DNA of 64,000 nucleotides from the human T2T-CHM13v2.0 reference genome, Homo sapiens. A model generated the notes under the pieces. It had not been told where the DNA came from and searched no databases. It saw only the letters and a list, made by a program, of their open reading frames with translations. The stretch lies in NCBI RefSeq assembly GCF_009914755.1, contig NC_060939.1. One strand, written 5' to 3'. Of the stretch, positions 45,700 through 64,000 are shown piece after piece (position 1 is the first letter of the stretch; every line of letters begins with the position of its first letter). The translations under genes were made by a program, and so were the position numbers.

Positions 45700-46300
45700 C
45701 TAGGACTGCGCGCCTCCCCTCAGTACCCGCGGACACCCTGGGCTTCCCTGGGCCCAGCATCTGCCTGGGGCCTCGCCCTGGGCTCCCCCTCCTGACCCCC
45801 ACCTTGCGCCCCTTCCCGGTGTTCCCGGGGCGCTGCCGGGCCCTGGGGCCTGCGGGGCGCGGGCGGCTCTTGGCTGGGCCATTCTTTCCCGGCCCCCTCC
45901 TCCCTTCCGTTTCCGTGGCCGTGCGGCCGGCTAGAGGCTGCGGCCCAGCGCGGAGCAGGGGGGCTGGCAGGCGTCGGGACGGTCGGGCCGGTCCCGCCCG
46001 CCCCTTCCCCTCCACAGGCCCGCCCCGGGGCCTGGGCCAACTGAAACCGCGGGAGGAGGAAGCGCGGAATCAGGAACTGGCCGGGGTCCGCACCGGGCCT
46101 GAGTCGGTCCGAGGCCGTCCCAGGAGCAGCTGCCCGTGCGGGTACCTCTAGCCCCGGGGCCTGGAGGAGCGGTGGGAGCTGGGGGCGCGGCAGGCAGGGG
46201 CAGAGCAGGCGTTCCGAGGGCCAGAGACCCACCCAGGTCGGGGTAGGGGCCGCGGAAGGGCGGGGATGGCCGCAGGGGCAGGGCTCAGGCTGTGGGCGCC
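45700..46300 (+). promoter_or_regulatory. FES: FES CpG-island promoter and non-coding exon 1 (donor at 46141)
   Basis: GC boxes (CCCGCCC), ETS/PU.1-type GAGGAA at about 46057, no TATA; donor GTGCGG|GTACCT. Confidence 0.85.
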
Positions 46301-46642
46301 TGAGGCTTCAGCTGGGGCAGGCTTGGCCTGTCGAGGACCTGGGCAAGGGTGTCCCTGTAAGGGGTGGTGGGTGGAAGGGCCTGGGGAGGGAGGCTCCAGG
46401 TTGGCTCCTGTTCCCGAACGTGCGGAGGAGACCCTGACGCTAAGGAAGCAATGAGGGCCAGTCCCCAGGCCAGGCTGCTGCTGGGTACCCATGGCTGCGT
46501 GTGAGCGAGGCAGGACCCCACCTCCTCCCCGTCTGCAGTCCATCCTGACCCTACAGTCCCCAGTCTCCTCGTCCCATGCCTCCGTCTCCAGCTGCTGCCT
46601 TGCCTCCAGGGATGGCCCCTTTTCTGTCCCCAGAACAGCACT

Positions 46643-57147
<10,505 letters not shown>

Positions 57148-57340
57148 GGCTGGGACCCCCTTCTCAAGCTGGTGGCCTCTGCAGGCCTAGGTGCAGCTCC
57201 TCAGCGGCTCCAGCTCATATGCTGACAGCTCTTCACAGTCCTGGACTCCTGCCACCAGCATCCACACTGCCGGCAGGATGCAGCGCCGTGTCCTCTCTGT
57301 GTCCCTGCTGCTGCCAGGGCTTCCTCTTCCGGGCAGAAAC

Positions 57341-57346
57341 AATAAA
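57341..57346 (+). terminator. FES polyadenylation signal AATAAA
   Basis: Canonical hexamer about 200 nt after the stop codon. Confidence 0.9.
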
Positions 57347-57660
57347 ACCACTTGTGCCCACTGAACACTCCTGGCATGTGCACTCCTCTGGAAGGCAGGT
57401 CTCAGAAGGCACAAGTGCCGGTATGGTGGCCTTGGGGAAGGAGGAGGACAGGCAGTATGCATGGGGCAGAGCTGACATGATTTAGTAGCAGCTGGATGTG
57501 AGACATGCGGAAGGCGGGGGAGAGATCAGGATGATATACAGGCTATGGCCAGATGGCGGTGTCATCCCCTGAAATAGGATTATAGGAAGAGGATCAGAGC
57601 TTCGAGGAGGATGTTGAGTTTAGAGATGTTGCATTTTATTGGAGATAAAAGTGTGGGTGA

Positions 57661-62905
<5,245 letters not shown>

Positions 62906-62932
62906 AATGGTCGTTAAATAAGAGATAGCATT

Positions 62933-63220
62933 GATCATTCTCAGCAAACTAACACAGGAACAGAAAACCAAACACCGCATGTTCTCACTAATAAGTGGGA
63001 GTTAACAATGAAAACACATGGACACAGAGAGGGGAACATCACACACCGGGGCCTGTCGGGGGTTGGGGGCAAGGTGAGGGAGAGCACCTAATGTATGTGG
63101 GGCTTAAAACCTAGATGATGGGTTGATGGGTGCAGCAAACCACCATGGCACATGTATACCTATGTAACAAATCTGCATGTTCTGCACATGTATCCCAGAA
63201 CTTAAAGGAAAATTTTTAAA
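62933..63220 (+). mobile_element. 5'-truncated L1PA 3' end
   Basis: tcattctcagcaaactaacacaggaacagaaaaccaaacaccgcatgttctcac...gcacatgtatcccagaacttaaag. Confidence 0.9.
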
Positions 63221-63399
63221 AATGAGATGGCATTATATATCTCATTAATCAGCTAAAACATTGTTTAAGCAATATCCAGCAGTTTGTTATTGATGGTGTA
63301 AACTGGTACAGTCTTTTGGGGGAGCGATAGTGTCATCAGTCATCTCTGTCCTTATCTTTTGCCCGGGTAACTTCACTGTTGCAAATTCATCATAAAATA

Positions 63400-63750
63400 A
63401 CGTCTTAATCTGTTCGGGCTGTTAGGACAAAATACCATAAAGTAGGTAGTTTATCAACAACAGAAATGTATTTTCTCACAGTTCTGGAGGCTGGAAAGTC
63501 CATGATAAGGCATAAGCGGATTCAGTGTCGGGTGAGGGCCTGCCTGTGGTGCACAGATAGTGCCTTCTAGCTGTGTTCTCACGTGGTTGAAGGGGCCGAC
63601 TCTCGGGGTCATTTGATACCGGCACTAATCCCATTCATGAGAGCTCTCCCTTCAAACTCTGTTCACCCCCAAAGGCCCATCTCCTAATACCATCATCACC
63701 TTGAGGGATTAGGATTTGAACATGAATTTGGGGGGTCACATTCAGATAAT
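63400..63750. mobile_element. MaLR solo LTR (MLT1/MST-like)
   Basis: aaaataccata...tctcacagttctggaggctggaaagtcc...ttgagggattaggatttgaacatgaatttggggg. Confidence 0.8.
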
Positions 63751-64000
63751 GTTATATATAACTTAAAAAGAACAAAAATGTGGAATTCATGGAGATGTTC
63801 ATTGCAGTATGGATTACACTGAAAAACTGTAAACAACCTAGATGCCCAGTAAAAGGGAAACAGCCAAGAAAAGTCTGTGTCTTGTTCACTCGCTGGCAGG
63901 AAACATAGAGCAGGCACGGAAAGGAAAGGGACTCGAGGAATGCGCTGTACCGACAGGAGGCAGCACCCCTTTGCCCGAGGGGCGCAACGACAGAGACCTA

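Overview
Human genomic DNA from chr15q26.1 containing the complete FURIN and FES genes in tandem on the + strand. FURIN has 15 coding exons (37337-43475, 2385 nt, 794 aa) and three alternative non-coding first exons: TATA-containing P1 near 29.8 kb and two in a CpG island at 32.3-33.9 kb. FES has 18 coding exons (46643-57147, 2469 nt, 822 aa) and starts about 1 kb after the FURIN poly(A) signal. The upstream 29 kb and the last 7 kb are Alu-dense, with L1/L2/MIR/MER fragments and a 7SL pseudogene. Nearly all other ORFs in the track are Alu-derived or GC-content artefacts. There is no CRISPR or other prokaryotic system. The best leads are: (1) promoter-specific upstream ORFs that splice into one frame overlapping the FURIN start codon; (2) a 247-bp, 91%-identical non-Alu inverted duplication carrying an NRF2/AP-1 motif in both arms; (3) a compact CRE/GC-box/GAS cluster about 6 kb upstream of FURIN P1; (4) a dense miRNA-seed array in the FURIN 3'UTR; (5) orphan exon-like segments near 2.4-2.9 kb. 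Repeat boundaries and subfamilies are by eye and approximate.
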